A DNA stretch of 64,000 bases from Desulfobacca sp. 4484_104 (lineage in GTDB: Bacteria > Desulfobacterota > Desulfobaccia > Desulfobaccales > Desulfobaccaceae): contig MUKC01000009.1 of the NCBI GenBank assembly GCA_002049795.1, forward strand, positions 6,721 through 70,720, in the 5' to 3' direction. The position numbers and the translations under genes are program-made. The notes below the pieces were generated by a model. That model was not told the DNA's origin. It saw nothing but the letters and a program-made list of their open reading frames with translations, and did not search any database. Each line of letters starts with the position of its first letter. Position 1 is the first letter of the stretch. This document shows positions 55,445 through 64,000 of this stretch, in pieces.

Positions 55445-56902
55445 ATGAAGTCAAAACCAGCCGATATTCAGTTGCGCCGCCTGGATGACTACCGCTGGGA
55501 AGTCCCTCAGACCGGTAAGATGCGGACTCGCGGGTTAATTTACGCCACCCGGGACATGTTGCCGGATATACGTTCAGACCAGAGCATCCAGCAGGTGGCC
55601 AATGTCGCGACCCTGCCGGGTATCGAAGGCGCGTCCATGGCCATGCCGGATATCCATTGGGGCTATGGCTTCCCGATCGGCGGGGTAGCGGCTTTTAATC
55701 TGACTGAGGGTGTGATTTCTCCTGGCGGTGTGGGCTATGATATCAATTGCGGCGTTCGGTTGTTGCGTTCCAATCTGTCGCGGCCGGAGGCTGAACCGAT
55801 CCTGGAAGATTTAGTCAATGCCTTATTCCGTAATATTCCTTCCGGCTTAGGCTCGCGCCGCAAGGATTTAAAGCTGACGACCCCGATGTTGCGGCAGGTA
55901 TTGCGCCTGGGTGCAGCTTGGGCCGTGAAAAACGGCTTTGGCACTGCTGACGACCTGTTACATATTGAAGCCGGGGGTCAGATTCCGGGAGCCGATGCCG
56001 ACCTGGTCTCTGATAAAGCCCTGGACCGGGGGCATGATCAGTTGGGCACCCTGGGCTCCGGCAACCATTTTGTGGAAGTGGGGTATGTTCAAGAAATTTT
56101 TGATGAAGCCATAGCCCATGCCTTTGGACTGTTTCCCCAGCAAATTACGGTAATCATCCATACCGGTTCCAGGGGACTGGGACACCAAGTTTGTGATGAT
56201 TATATTAAGATTATGATGAAAGCCGCTGCCAAATATAACATTGAATTAGCGGATCGACAACTCTGTTGTGCCCCGATTACGTCGCCAGAAGGTGAGCAAT
56301 ACCTGGCGGCAATGGCCGCGGCAGCTAATTTTGCCTTTGCCAATCGGCAGTTGATCACGCATTGGGTGCGGGAATCCTTTGAACAGGTGTGGCCGGCCGG
56401 TCCCCGGGCCCTGGGTCTGGAACTGATCTATGATGTCGCCCATAATATGGCCAAAATTGAAACTCATACGATTAACCAAGTAACCCAAAAGGTCTGCGTG
56501 CATCGCAAAGGAGCGACCCGGGCCTTTGCGCCGCACCACCCCGAGGTTCCGGAGGCCTATCGGGAGGTCGGTCAACCGGTGCTGATTCCCGGCGATATGG
56601 GACGGTATTCGTACGTTCTGGTAGGGACTCCGCAAGCCATGGTAGAGACCTTTGGCAGCACTTGCCATGGGGCCGGTCGCCTTCTCAGCCGCCATCAGGC
56701 CCTAAAGGCCGCTAAAGGCCGGTCGATCCTCCAGGAATTGGCTGCCAAAGGCATCGTGGTGCGAGGCGCCAGTCGCGGCACCATTGCCGAAGAAATACCG
56801 GAGGCCTATAAAGATGTGGATAATGTGGTGGAGGTGGTCGAGGGGGCCGGGATCAGTCGCAAAGTGGCCAAACTCCATCCCCTGGGAGTAATTAAGGGCT
56901 AG
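55445..56902 (+). CDS. rtcB: RNA-splicing ligase RtcB
   Basis: GYDINCGVRLL, GSGNHF, HTGSRGLGHQV and STCHGAGR motifs. 485 aa. Confidence 0.93.
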   Translation: MKSKPADIQLRRLDDYRWEVPQTGKMRTRGLIYATRDMLPDIRSDQSIQQVANVATLPGIEGASMAMPDIHWGYGFPIGGVAAFNLTEGVISPGGVGYDINCGVRLLRSNLSRPEAEPILEDLVNALFRNIPSGLGSRRKDLKLTTPMLRQVLRLGAAWAVKNGFGTADDLLHIEAGGQIPGADADLVSDKALDRGHDQLGTLGSGNHFVEVGYVQEIFDEAIAHAFGLFPQQITVIIHTGSRGLGHQVCDDYIKIMMKAAAKYNIELADRQLCCAPITSPEGEQYLAAMAAAANFAFANRQLITHWVRESFEQVWPAGPRALGLELIYDVAHNMAKIETHTINQVTQKVCVHRKGATRAFAPHHPEVPEAYREVGQPVLIPGDMGRYSYVLVGTPQAMVETFGSTCHGAGRLLSRHQALKAAKGRSILQELAAKGIVVRGASRGTIAEEIPEAYKDVDNVVEVVEGAGISRKVAKLHPLGVIKG

Positions 56903-56982
56903 GGAAATGTCATGTTTTTCCTTGACAATTCTAATATTCCCAGTTTAACTTATGAGATTAATCTTTTAATTGGCAGGCTTGC

Positions 56983-58320
56983 ATGTTCGATCGCTTATCC
57001 GATAAATTAGCCCAGGTTTTCAAAAAACTCAAGGGGCATGGTAAGCTTACTGAAGTTAATATTCAGGCGGCCTTGCGCGAAGTCCGTCTGGCGCTGTTAG
57101 AAGCCGACGTCAATTACAAGGTGGCCAAGGCCTTTATTGATCGGGTGCACGAGCGGGCTGTGGGGCAGGAAGTCATGGCCTCCCTGACTCCGGGTCAGCA
57201 AATGATCAAGATTGTCCACGAGGAGCTGATCGGGTTGTTGGGAGGCGAGACACCGCGCCTGAATCTGGGCGGCAAGCCGCCGGTAGCCCTGATGCTGGTC
57301 GGCCTGCAGGGTTCCGGCAAGACCACCACCGCGGCCAAGCTGGCTCTGAAACTAAAGAAACAGGGCCGTCAGCCTTTTTTGGTCCCGGCCGATATTTACC
57401 GCCCCGCGGCCGTCGATCAGCTTCAGAAGCTGGGGAGCGAGATCGCGGTCGAAACTTACCAAATACCTCCTGGGCAACAACCGGTAGAGATCGCCGATGC
57501 GGCCATGGAACAGGCCTATACCCAGGGCTATGATACCGTGCTGCTGGATACCGCCGGTCGGCTGCATATCGATGCGTCGCTGATGGCCGAGCTCAGGGCC
57601 ATTAAAGATAAGGTGGCTCCCCAAGAGATCCTGCTGGTGGCGGATGCCATGACCGGTCAGGACGCGGTGCAGGTGGCCCAAAAATTCCACGAACTGTTAA
57701 ACCTCACCGGGGTCATCCTGACCAAGATTGAAGGGGATGCCCGCGGCGGCGCGGCTTTATCCATGCGGGCCGTGATCGATCGCCCGATCAAATTTCTGGG
57801 AGTGGGAGAGAAGCTCGACGCCCTCGAGGTTTTCCATCCCGATCGCCTGGCCTCCCGTATTCTGGGCATGGGTGATGTCCTGACCCTGATCGAAAAGGCT
57901 CAAGAGGCTTTTGATACCGAACAGGCCCAGGAACTGGAGCACAAGCTCCGCAAAGAGACATTTACCCTGGATGACTTTCGGGATCAGTTAAAACAGGTCC
58001 GTAAAATGGGCAACCTGGAACAATTAGTCAACATGATCCCGGGACTGAGCCGGGTCAAAGGTCTGAAAGGCATGCAGCCGGACGAAGGGGAACTGGTCAG
58101 GATTGAGGCAATCATTAATTCCATGACTCCCCAGGAGCGGGGCCAGCATCAGATCATTGACGGCAGTCGACGACGGCGCATCGCCCAGGGGAGCGGCACC
58201 ACCGTACAAGATGTCAATCGCCTGCTGAAAAATTTTGCCATGACCCAGAAGATGATGAAAAAAATGGTCCAGGCCGGGAAAAAGGGCGGCAAACGTCGGG
58301 GTATGCCCTTTGGCTTTTGA
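56983..58320 (+). CDS. ffh: Signal recognition particle protein Ffh
   Basis: MFDRLSDKLAQVFKKLKG start, GLQGSGKTTT, DTAGR, TKIEGDARGGAALS and a Met-rich M domain. Confidence 0.97.
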   Translation: MFDRLSDKLAQVFKKLKGHGKLTEVNIQAALREVRLALLEADVNYKVAKAFIDRVHERAVGQEVMASLTPGQQMIKIVHEELIGLLGGETPRLNLGGKPPVALMLVGLQGSGKTTTAAKLALKLKKQGRQPFLVPADIYRPAAVDQLQKLGSEIAVETYQIPPGQQPVEIADAAMEQAYTQGYDTVLLDTAGRLHIDASLMAELRAIKDKVAPQEILLVADAMTGQDAVQVAQKFHELLNLTGVILTKIEGDARGGAALSMRAVIDRPIKFLGVGEKLDALEVFHPDRLASRILGMGDVLTLIEKAQEAFDTEQAQELEHKLRKETFTLDDFRDQLKQVRKMGNLEQLVNMIPGLSRVKGLKGMQPDEGELVRIEAIINSMTPQERGQHQIIDGSRRRRIAQGSGTTVQDVNRLLKNFAMTQKMMKKMVQAGKKGGKRRGMPFGF

Positions 58321-58356
58321 AATACGGTTTTCGGTTTCCTGTTTTCTGTTTTCTGG
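58321..58356 (+). repeat. GTTTTCN heptad array, copy B, immediately after the ffh stop
   Basis: aatac|cggtttt|cggtttc|ctgtttt|ctgtttt|ctgg. It is homologous to the reverse complement of 32527-32561 and complementary to 58524-58535. Confidence 0.7.
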
Positions 58357-58505
58357 AAAAGAAGTTTTAATAACCATGAGCTAAAAACCTATGCCTGTAA
58401 CTTAGGTTCGCCTTAAATTTAGGCATTTTTAACCAATTTTAGTCTTAGGCCATTAAGCTTACCCCAAATCTTAGGTTATGATATTTCGCCAGAACAAGGT
58501 TAGTA

Positions 58506-58544
58506 CAAAGAAACAAGAAACAAGAAACAGAAAACTCTGAAAAA
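58506..58544 (+). repeat. GAAAC(A) heptad array in the rpsP leader
   Basis: caaagaaa|caagaaa|caagaaa|cagaaaa|ctctgaaaaa, abutting the GGGAGA ribosome-binding site of rpsP. It is in inverted orientation relative to 58321-58356. Confidence 0.7.
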
Positions 58545-58562
58545 GGGAGAAAATATAATTCA

Positions 58563-58832
58563 ATGGCGTTGAAAATCCGTCTTACCCGCCACGGGGCTAA
58601 GAAAAGACCGTTTTACCGGATTGTGGTGGCCAATAATGAGGCGCCGCGGGATGGCCGGTTTATCGAGATTATTGGCACCTACGATCCTAACCAGGATCCG
58701 GCCCAGGTTACGGTGCAAGCCGAGCCGTTGGCCCAATGGCTGGGCCGCGGGGCCCGGCCGACCAAAACTGTGGCCAGTCTCCTGAAAAAACACGGTTTAA
58801 CTCCGGCTGCGGCCGCCAAACCCAATACCTAA
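58563..58832 (+). CDS. rpsP: 30S ribosomal protein S16
   Basis: [23 protein letters not shown] is the canonical S16 N terminus. Confidence 0.97.
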   Translation: MALKIRLTRHGAKKRPFYRIVVANNEAPRDGRFIEIIGTYDPNQDPAQVTVQAEPLAQWLGRGARPTKTVASLLKKHGLTPAAAAKPNT

Positions 58833-59041
58833 GAGTAGAGGAGGCCATAACTTTTTTTCAAACCCAGGGTGGCAGTTCTGATGATAAGCCCTGAGATGAA
58901 CCTAAAATTAGGTGTGGCATGATCAGCCTGCCAGGGAGGGCTAATCCTAGGTGGCCAGGTGCGGTGCGTGACTGACACTGCAACCAGGGCCGACCGGGCC
59001 AACCTGTTTTCCAATGTTATCCGCTAACGGAGGTCCGTAAG

Positions 59042-59272
59042 ATGAAAGAGTTGATCAGATACATCGCCCAGTCGCTAGTGGATCATCCCGAACAAGTGGA
59101 AGTTACCGAGATTGAAGGAGAGCAGACCTCGGTGATCGAGCTCAAGGTGGCGAAAGAAGATTTAGGAAAGGTCATTGGCAAACAGGGACGGACCGCCCGG
59201 GCCATGCGCACCATTTTGAGCGCTGCCTCCACCAAAATCCGCAAACGGGCAGTGTTGGAAATCATCGAATAA
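59042..59272 (+). CDS. KH-domain RNA-binding protein (YlqC/KhpA-like, UPF0109)
   Basis: 76 aa with the [17 protein letters not shown] GxxG KH motif. It occupies the conserved position between rpsP and rimM. Confidence 0.9.
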   Translation: MKELIRYIAQSLVDHPEQVEVTEIEGEQTSVIELKVAKEDLGKVIGKQGRTARAMRTILSAASTKIRKRAVLEIIE

Positions 59273-59274
59273 TT

Positions 59275-59793
59275 ATGCCAGCTTTAGCCCCCAAGATCAT
59301 CCTGGGGCGAGTAGTCGGTGCCCATGGTATCCGGGGCGAGCTTAAGGTATGGGCCGAGGCCGAGGGGGCTGAGACTTTTTTACAGATCGGGGAAGTAGAG
59401 TTGGCCGGCCGCGGCTATCAGGTTGCCGGGGCCCGGCCGCATAAGCGCTACCTGCTCCTCAGTCTGGCCGGGATCTGCAGCCGGAACCAGGCCGAGGCCT
59501 TGATCGGCCAAGAGGTGTGGGGAGCAGCTGAGTTGTTGCCGCCCTTGCCGGAAGGCGAGTATTACTGGGATGAGATTCTGGGGTTGGCCGTTTATCGGAT
59601 GGATACCGGGGCCTATTTGGGCCGGGTGACCGAGATTATCCCCACCGCGGCCCATGACGTCTATGTGGTCCGGGAGGGCGACCGGGAATATCTGATTCCG
59701 GCCAGAGTCGAGGTGATTCAAGAGATCTGCCTGGAACAGGGCTGGATGAATATCGACCCAAATGTTGGGGTGCTGGAAACGCGTGCAGTTTGA
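59275..59793 (+). CDS. rimM: 16S rRNA processing protein RimM
   Basis: LGRVVGAHGIRGELKV start and a PRC-barrel C terminus. 172 aa. Confidence 0.9.
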   Translation: MPALAPKIILGRVVGAHGIRGELKVWAEAEGAETFLQIGEVELAGRGYQVAGARPHKRYLLLSLAGICSRNQAEALIGQEVWGAAELLPPLPEGEYYWDEILGLAVYRMDTGAYLGRVTEIIPTAAHDVYVVREGDREYLIPARVEVIQEICLEQGWMNIDPNVGVLETRAV

Positions 59794-60538
59794 CATCCTG
59801 ACCTTGTTCCCCGAGTTTTTTGATTCACCTCTGAATCAGAGTATGTTGAAGCGGGCCCAGAACCAGGGGATAGTCCGGTTCCGGGTCATTAATTTGCGCG
59901 ATTTTGCTCTGGATCGCCACCAGGTCACCGATGATCGGCCGTTTGGCGGCGGGCCGGGCATGGTGCTGAAAATTGAGCCCCTGGCCCGGGCAATCACCTG
60001 GGTCCGAGATCAAGATGACGGGGTCTGGGTTATTCTCCTCAGTCCCCAGGGTAGGTTGTTTACCCAATCAGGGGCCGCGGCGCTGGCCCGGCAACGGCAT
60101 GTGCTGCTGGTCTGTGGCCACTATGAAGGGGTGGACGACCGGGTCCGCTATTATATTGATGAGGAAATTTCTATTGGGGATTATATTCTAACCGGGGGCG
60201 AGAGCCCGGCCTTGGTGGTCATCGATGCGGTGACCAGATTACTGCCCGGCAGTTTGGGGGACGCCGAATCCGCCGAGGAGGAGTCCTTTCAAGACAGCCT
60301 GCTGGAATATCCCCATTATACCCGGCCCCAACTCTTCAACGGGCATGCGGTGCCCGAGGTCCTGCTTTCTGGAAACCACCAGCGCATTGCCCGCTGGCGC
60401 CGACAACAGGCCCTGCGGCGCACCTGGCAACGGCGGTCGGATTTACTGGACCGCGCCTCCCTGACCCCGGAAGACCAGGACTTTGTGGCCAATTTGGCCA
60501 GGGAGTCGGAAGCCGGGACAGAACCTAAAGATAAATGA
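59762..60538 (+). CDS. trmD: tRNA (guanine37-N1)-methyltransferase
   Basis: [21 protein letters not shown] and [10 protein letters not shown] motifs. The true start is probably GTG 59783 ([11 protein letters not shown]). Confidence 0.93.
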   Translation: MLGCWKRVQFDILTLFPEFFDSPLNQSMLKRAQNQGIVRFRVINLRDFALDRHQVTDDRPFGGGPGMVLKIEPLARAITWVRDQDDGVWVILLSPQGRLFTQSGAAALARQRHVLLVCGHYEGVDDRVRYYIDEEISIGDYILTGGESPALVVIDAVTRLLPGSLGDAESAEEESFQDSLLEYPHYTRPQLFNGHAVPEVLLSGNHQRIARWRRQQALRRTWQRRSDLLDRASLTPEDQDFVANLARESEAGTEPKDK

Positions 60539-60545
60539 GGAAAAC

Positions 60546-60893
60546 ATGGAACGGATTGATCTCCTGGAAAAGGAGCAGATGCGGCTGGACTTGCCCGATT
60601 TTCGCCCCGGCGATACCGTCGAGGTGCATGTCCGGATCGTCGAGGGCGACAAAGAGCGCATCCAGATCTTTAAAGGCATGGTCCTGCGCAAACGCGGCAG
60701 CAATACCGGGGCCAGTTTCACGGTACGCAAAATTTCCTATGGCGTGGGAGTAGAGCGCACATTTCCGCTGCATTCCCCCAGTATTGATAGTATCAAAGTG
60801 CTCAGTCGAGGCCGGGTGCGACGCGGCCGGCTCTATTACTTCCGGGATCGTTATGGTAAGGCCGCCCGGGTCAAGGAGAAGCGAGTCGGTTAA
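60546..60893 (+). CDS. rplS: 50S ribosomal protein L19
   Basis: From the ATG at 60546: [55 protein letters not shown] lies upstream. Confidence 0.95.
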   Translation: MERIDLLEKEQMRLDLPDFRPGDTVEVHVRIVEGDKERIQIFKGMVLRKRGSNTGASFTVRKISYGVGVERTFPLHSPSIDSIKVLSRGRVRRGRLYYFRDRYGKAARVKEKRVG

Positions 60894-61557
60894 GCGTGGA
60901 GCGGCACCCGGAAGCAAGAAGCGGCCTTTAGCTGATCAGACCGTTGATGATCCCGAAGTCTGGTGGCGGGCTCAGGGTTTGGTACGGCTGGTCGGGGTAG
61001 ATGAAGTCGGGCGTGGACCCCTGGCTGGGCCGGTGGTCGCGGCCGCGGTCATACTGCCCCCTCAGGTCGAGCTTGACGGCTTGACCGATTCCAAGCGTTT
61101 GAGTCCGGACCGGCGGGAACTTTTCGATCACCAGATCCGCCGACAGGCGCTAGCTTACGCCATTCAAGCCGTTGCCGTGTTCGAGATTGACCGGCAGGGG
61201 ATTATGGCCGCTTCCCTCCAGGCTATGGCTCAAGCGGTGCAGGCTCTGCCTGGGGAGCCGGAAATGGTGCTGGTTGACGGCCCTTGGCGCTTGCCTTTAG
61301 ACTATCCCCAACAATCGGTGGTCCGGGGTGATGCCCGGTGTTTATCAATTGCCGCGGCTTCGGTGTTGGCCAAGGTCTATCGGGATCGCCAAATGATCGT
61401 CTATCACCGCAGATACCCGCAATATAACTTTGCACGCCATAAAGGCTATGGCACTGCTGAACATCGGGAAGCCATCCGCCGCTGGGGGCCATGTGCCTTA
61501 CACCGGCGGACCTTTCGCGGGGTGCGGGAATGGCTGAGAGAGGATGATGACCTTTAG
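60853..61557 (+). CDS. rnhB: Ribonuclease HII
   Basis: [28 protein letters not shown] and HKGYGT motifs. The start is uncertain: the track ORF begins at 60784 inside rplS, and Met 60853 is chosen. Confidence 0.85.
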   Translation: MVRPPGSRRSESVKRGAAPGSKKRPLADQTVDDPEVWWRAQGLVRLVGVDEVGRGPLAGPVVAAAVILPPQVELDGLTDSKRLSPDRRELFDHQIRRQALAYAIQAVAVFEIDRQGIMAASLQAMAQAVQALPGEPEMVLVDGPWRLPLDYPQQSVVRGDARCLSIAAASVLAKVYRDRQMIVYHRRYPQYNFARHKGYGTAEHREAIRRWGPCALHRRTFRGVREWLREDDDL

Positions 61558-61909
61558 CCGCCGCCTCTTGGGCCGGGCCGGAGAAGACCTGGCCACGGCT
61601 ACCTTAAAACGACAAGGCTATAAAATCCTGGAACGCAATTATACAACTCCCTTGGGCGAGATCGACCTCATTGCCCAGCATCAAGGGACCCTGGTGTTTG
61701 TCGAGATCAAAACCCGGCAGACTCAAACTTTCGGCACTGCTCAGGAAGCCGTCAATAGCCGCAAGCAGGCCCGGTTGTATCGTTTGGCAGAATATTACCT
61801 GAAACAACGGCGTCTGAGCTCCCGGCCCATGCGCTTCGATGTGGTCGCCATTTCAATCCAGGGACCAGACACCAGAGTAGAGATTATCCCCCACGCCTTT
61901 GGGGGATAG
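61544..61909 (+). CDS. yraN: YraN family (UPF0102) endonuclease-like protein
   Basis: GEDLATATLKRQGYKILERNY..GEIDLIA..LVFVEIKTR is a PD-(D/E)xK-like core. Confidence 0.88.
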   Translation: MMTFSRRLLGRAGEDLATATLKRQGYKILERNYTTPLGEIDLIAQHQGTLVFVEIKTRQTQTFGTAQEAVNSRKQARLYRLAEYYLKQRRLSSRPMRFDVVAISIQGPDTRVEIIPHAFGG

Positions 61910-61911
61910 AC

Positions 61912-62811
61912 ATGCGACGCCCGCCGGATAAGCCAGAAAAAATCAACGGGCCGGAAACCGGGGAACTGGAGACCCAGAGCTGTCTCTATGTGGTGGCGAC
62001 GCCGATCGGCAACCTAGAAGATATCACCCTGCGGGCCTTAAGAATTTTAACATCAGTGGACCTGATCGCAGCTGAGGATACCCGCCAGACCCGGAAATTG
62101 CTGACTCATTACCAGATTAATACGCCTCTGACCAGTTATCACGCTCATAACCGGGACACCCGGGGGAAAGAATTACTGGAACGCCTGCAGGCCGGGCAAA
62201 ATATTGCCCTGGTCAGCGATGCCGGGACGCCCGGCTTTTCGGATCCGGGGGCTGATTTGGTGGCCCAGGTCTGGGACGCGGGTCTGCGGGTGATTGCCAT
62301 TCCAGGGCCGGCGGCCGGGGTCGCGGCCCTATCGATCTCGGGCTTTAAAGGGGATGTCAGTTTTATCGGGTTTTTGCCCCGTAAGGGCAGTAAGCGGCGG
62401 GAATTATTGGCAAGTCTGGCCCGTGAAGCCAGAATCCTGCTGCTCTACGAATCGCCGCGGCGGCTGGTGGGTACGCTTACTGAAATCCAGGAAATTATGG
62501 GCGACCGGCAGATATTGGTAGCCCGAGAATTGACCAAATATTACGAACAATGCTGGCGTGGGGTGATCTCGGAGGTCTTGGCCCAGATCGGCGAGCAGGA
62601 AATTAAAGGCGAATGCACCCTGGTGCTCTCCCGGCCGACTGGGGTCGGTCCCCAGATCAAAGATCTGGCAGCTTATCTGCTGGCCGCGGCTCAGGAATCT
62701 CAAGATACTGGCCGCGACCTGAGTAGCCGCGTGGCCCAGGAATTGGGTCTGTCTCGCCGTCAGGTGTATCAGACCTATCTGGATTTAAAGGCCCAGAAGC
62801 GGTTGCCCTGA
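61912..62811 (+). CDS. rsmI: 16S rRNA (cytidine1402-2'-O)-methyltransferase
   Basis: LYVVATPIGNLEDITLRAL, AEDTR and SDAGTPGFSDPG motifs. It has an N-terminal extension of about 20 aa. Confidence 0.92.
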   Translation: MRRPPDKPEKINGPETGELETQSCLYVVATPIGNLEDITLRALRILTSVDLIAAEDTRQTRKLLTHYQINTPLTSYHAHNRDTRGKELLERLQAGQNIALVSDAGTPGFSDPGADLVAQVWDAGLRVIAIPGPAAGVAALSISGFKGDVSFIGFLPRKGSKRRELLASLAREARILLLYESPRRLVGTLTEIQEIMGDRQILVARELTKYYEQCWRGVISEVLAQIGEQEIKGECTLVLSRPTGVGPQIKDLAAYLLAAAQESQDTGRDLSSRVAQELGLSRRQVYQTYLDLKAQKRLP

Positions 62812-62886
62812 GCCGCTAGATGGTGAATCTAGTGTTAAGTTGTGGAACTCAGCGTTATACATATTCCCGTCAAATTTACCATCTTA

Positions 62887-62927
62887 GTCCCATCTCCACG
62901 TGGGGGAGTGGGTCAGGGTGAGGGGGA
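62887..62927. repeat. Half copy of the palindromic element family
   Basis: AGTCCCATCTCCACGTGGGGGAGTGGGTCAGGGTGAGGGGGATT aligns to AGTGCCCATCC..CTCGAGGGAGAGGGCTAGGGTGAGGGTGGTT of the 29679 copy. It lacks the first hairpin and the right arm. Confidence 0.5.
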
Positions 62928-63027
62928 TTTATTTGTCACTGATTTAAGCAATCAAGTAATAGGTTGTCGGCGGGTAAAAGCAACTAGCAGCGCTGATTAG
63001 GAAAAAGTATTTTTGACGATATCCAAC

Positions 63028-63321
63028 ATGACCGATATAGATGGTAATAATGCCGCTCACCAGGCAAAATTATTGGTCTGTAATCGATTGGGCTTGCATG
63101 CCCGGGCTGCGGCCCGGATCGCGTCCCTGGCTCAAGAGCATCAGGCCAAGATCATCTTAGAGAAAAACGGGCTCCAGGCTGATGCCAAAAGTATTTTAGA
63201 GATTCTCAGCCTGGGTTGCGGACCGGGGACTATGGTGCAGGTCCGGGTTCAAGGGCCTGAGGCCGGTGAAGCCCTACAGGCCTTGCAAGAATTATTTCGA
63301 TTGCGGTTTGGAGAATCTTGA
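63028..63321 (+). CDS. ptsH: Phosphocarrier protein HPr
   Basis: NRLGLHARAAARI contains the active-site His. About 97 aa from the ATG at 63028; the track start is TTG 63013. Confidence 0.88.
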   Translation: MTDIDGNNAAHQAKLLVCNRLGLHARAAARIASLAQEHQAKIILEKNGLQADAKSILEILSLGCGPGTMVQVRVQGPEAGEALQALQELFRLRFGES

Positions 63322-64000
63322 TGGCCCCAGAAGCCTGGCCGCAAAATAAGGTATTAAAGGGGATTGCCGCCTCCCCGGGGATTATCATTGCTCCGGCCCA
63401 CGTTTTGGCCGACCGCAATCGGGTTCAGGTCTTTTATCGTTATTTAGGCTCTCGCCACCAGGTGGCCGAGGAACAGGAACGTTTCCGGGAGGCCATTATC
63501 CGCACCCAGCAGGAATTAAGTCGCAGCAAAGAGGCGATTCCCGAGGATTTTCGGGAACATGCTTATATCGTCGATACGCATCTGTTGATTCTCCAGGATC
63601 GCCTGCTGTTGGATGAGACCCTGCGGCTCATTCAGGAAGAAACGATTAATGCTGAGTGGGCCTTAAAGCAAGCGGTTAAAGAGGCCCAGAAACTCTTCGG
63701 ACAGATCGCCGATTCTTATATCCGTAGCCGGGTCCAAGACATTGAAGATGTCAGCGAGCGGATTATGCGTCATCTGACTGGCACTAATCCTTCCAGTTTT
63801 ACCAATTTTAAGGAGCCGGTAATCATCGTTGCCCAGAACCTGTCGCCAGTAGATACTACCCAGATGTCCTTGGAACGGGTGCAGGGCTTTATTACCGAAA
63901 TGGGGGGGAAAACCTCGCATATCGCCATTATGGCCCAATCCCTGCGCATTCCGGCCGTGGTGGGGCTGGAAAACGCGGTCCGGGAAATTGATACCGGCTA
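63321..64000 (+). CDS. ptsI: Phosphoenolpyruvate-protein phosphotransferase (PTS enzyme I), N-terminal 226 codons (continues beyond window end)
   Basis: Not in the ORF track because it has no stop in the window. Own translation from ATG 63321, which overlaps the ptsH TGA: MAPEAWPQNKVLKGIAASPGIIIAPAHV...EMGGKTSHIAIMAQSLRIPAVVG (phospho-His loop). Confidence 0.88.
   Translation, partial: MAPEAWPQNKVLKGIAASPGIIIAPAHVLADRNRVQVFYRYLGSRHQVAEEQERFREAIIRTQQELSRSKEAIPEDFREHAYIVDTHLLILQDRLLLDETLRLIQEETINAEWALKQAVKEAQKLFGQIADSYIRSRVQDIEDVSERIMRHLTGTNPSSFTNFKEPVIIVAQNLSPVDTTQMSLERVQGFITEMGGKTSHIAIMAQSLRIPAVVGLENAVREIDTG

Noticed and set aside
58833-59041. SRP (4.5S) RNA or another known housekeeping RNA next to ffh/rpsP
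   Set aside because: I did not find the conserved SRP domain IV motif (GGAA tetraloop helix with AGCA/GGAA-type internal loops), and there is no RNase P or tmRNA signature.

Overview
This is a 64 kb chromosomal window made up mostly of core housekeeping genes. I call about 58 protein genes and 4 tRNAs: Cys-GCA, Gly-GCC, Glu-CUC and Leu-CAA. I found no rRNA, CRISPR array, transposase or integrase. The gene content suggests a strictly anaerobic, Wood-Ljungdahl-type bacterium, possibly Deltaproteobacteria/Thermodesulfobacteriota-like, but this taxonomic guess is inference only. The supporting genes are cooF-cooS, fhs, nfnAB, two ADP-forming acetyl-CoA synthetase paralogs, menA and cyuA. Conserved blocks are yebC-ruvC-ruvA, pgpA-cinA-thpR-recA-alaS, mutS, xseA-xseB-ispA/dxs, carD-PIN/TRAM-rluD-coaE, rho, archease-rtcB, ffh, rpsP-KH-rimM-trmD-rplS-rnhB-yraN-rsmI and ptsH-ptsI. 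Two genes that run off the window edges are missing from the supplied ORF track and were found by my own translation: cooS at the left edge and ptsI at the right edge. The most unusual items are listed here. (1) A 771-codon ORF fuses an intact CysM-like cysteine synthase to a cysteinyl-tRNA-synthetase body whose HIGH and KMSKS motifs are degenerate. (2) ispA and dxs are fused in frame. (3) Short intergenic repeats recur across the window: GTTTTCN/GAAAACN heptad arrays, A/C-rich heptad-phased leaders directly upstream of ribosome-binding sites, and a nested GC-rich palindromic element in 3-4 copies. (4) A perfect 54-nt tandem duplication lies beside tRNA-Glu. (5) There are signs of gene decay: an asparaginase-II-like pseudogene overlapped by the menA ORF, an in-frame TAA in a coiled-coil ORF, and an HTH ORF with no canonical start. 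Coordinates that I derived myself were cross-checked against ORF-track frames where possible, but may still be off by 1-2 nt.
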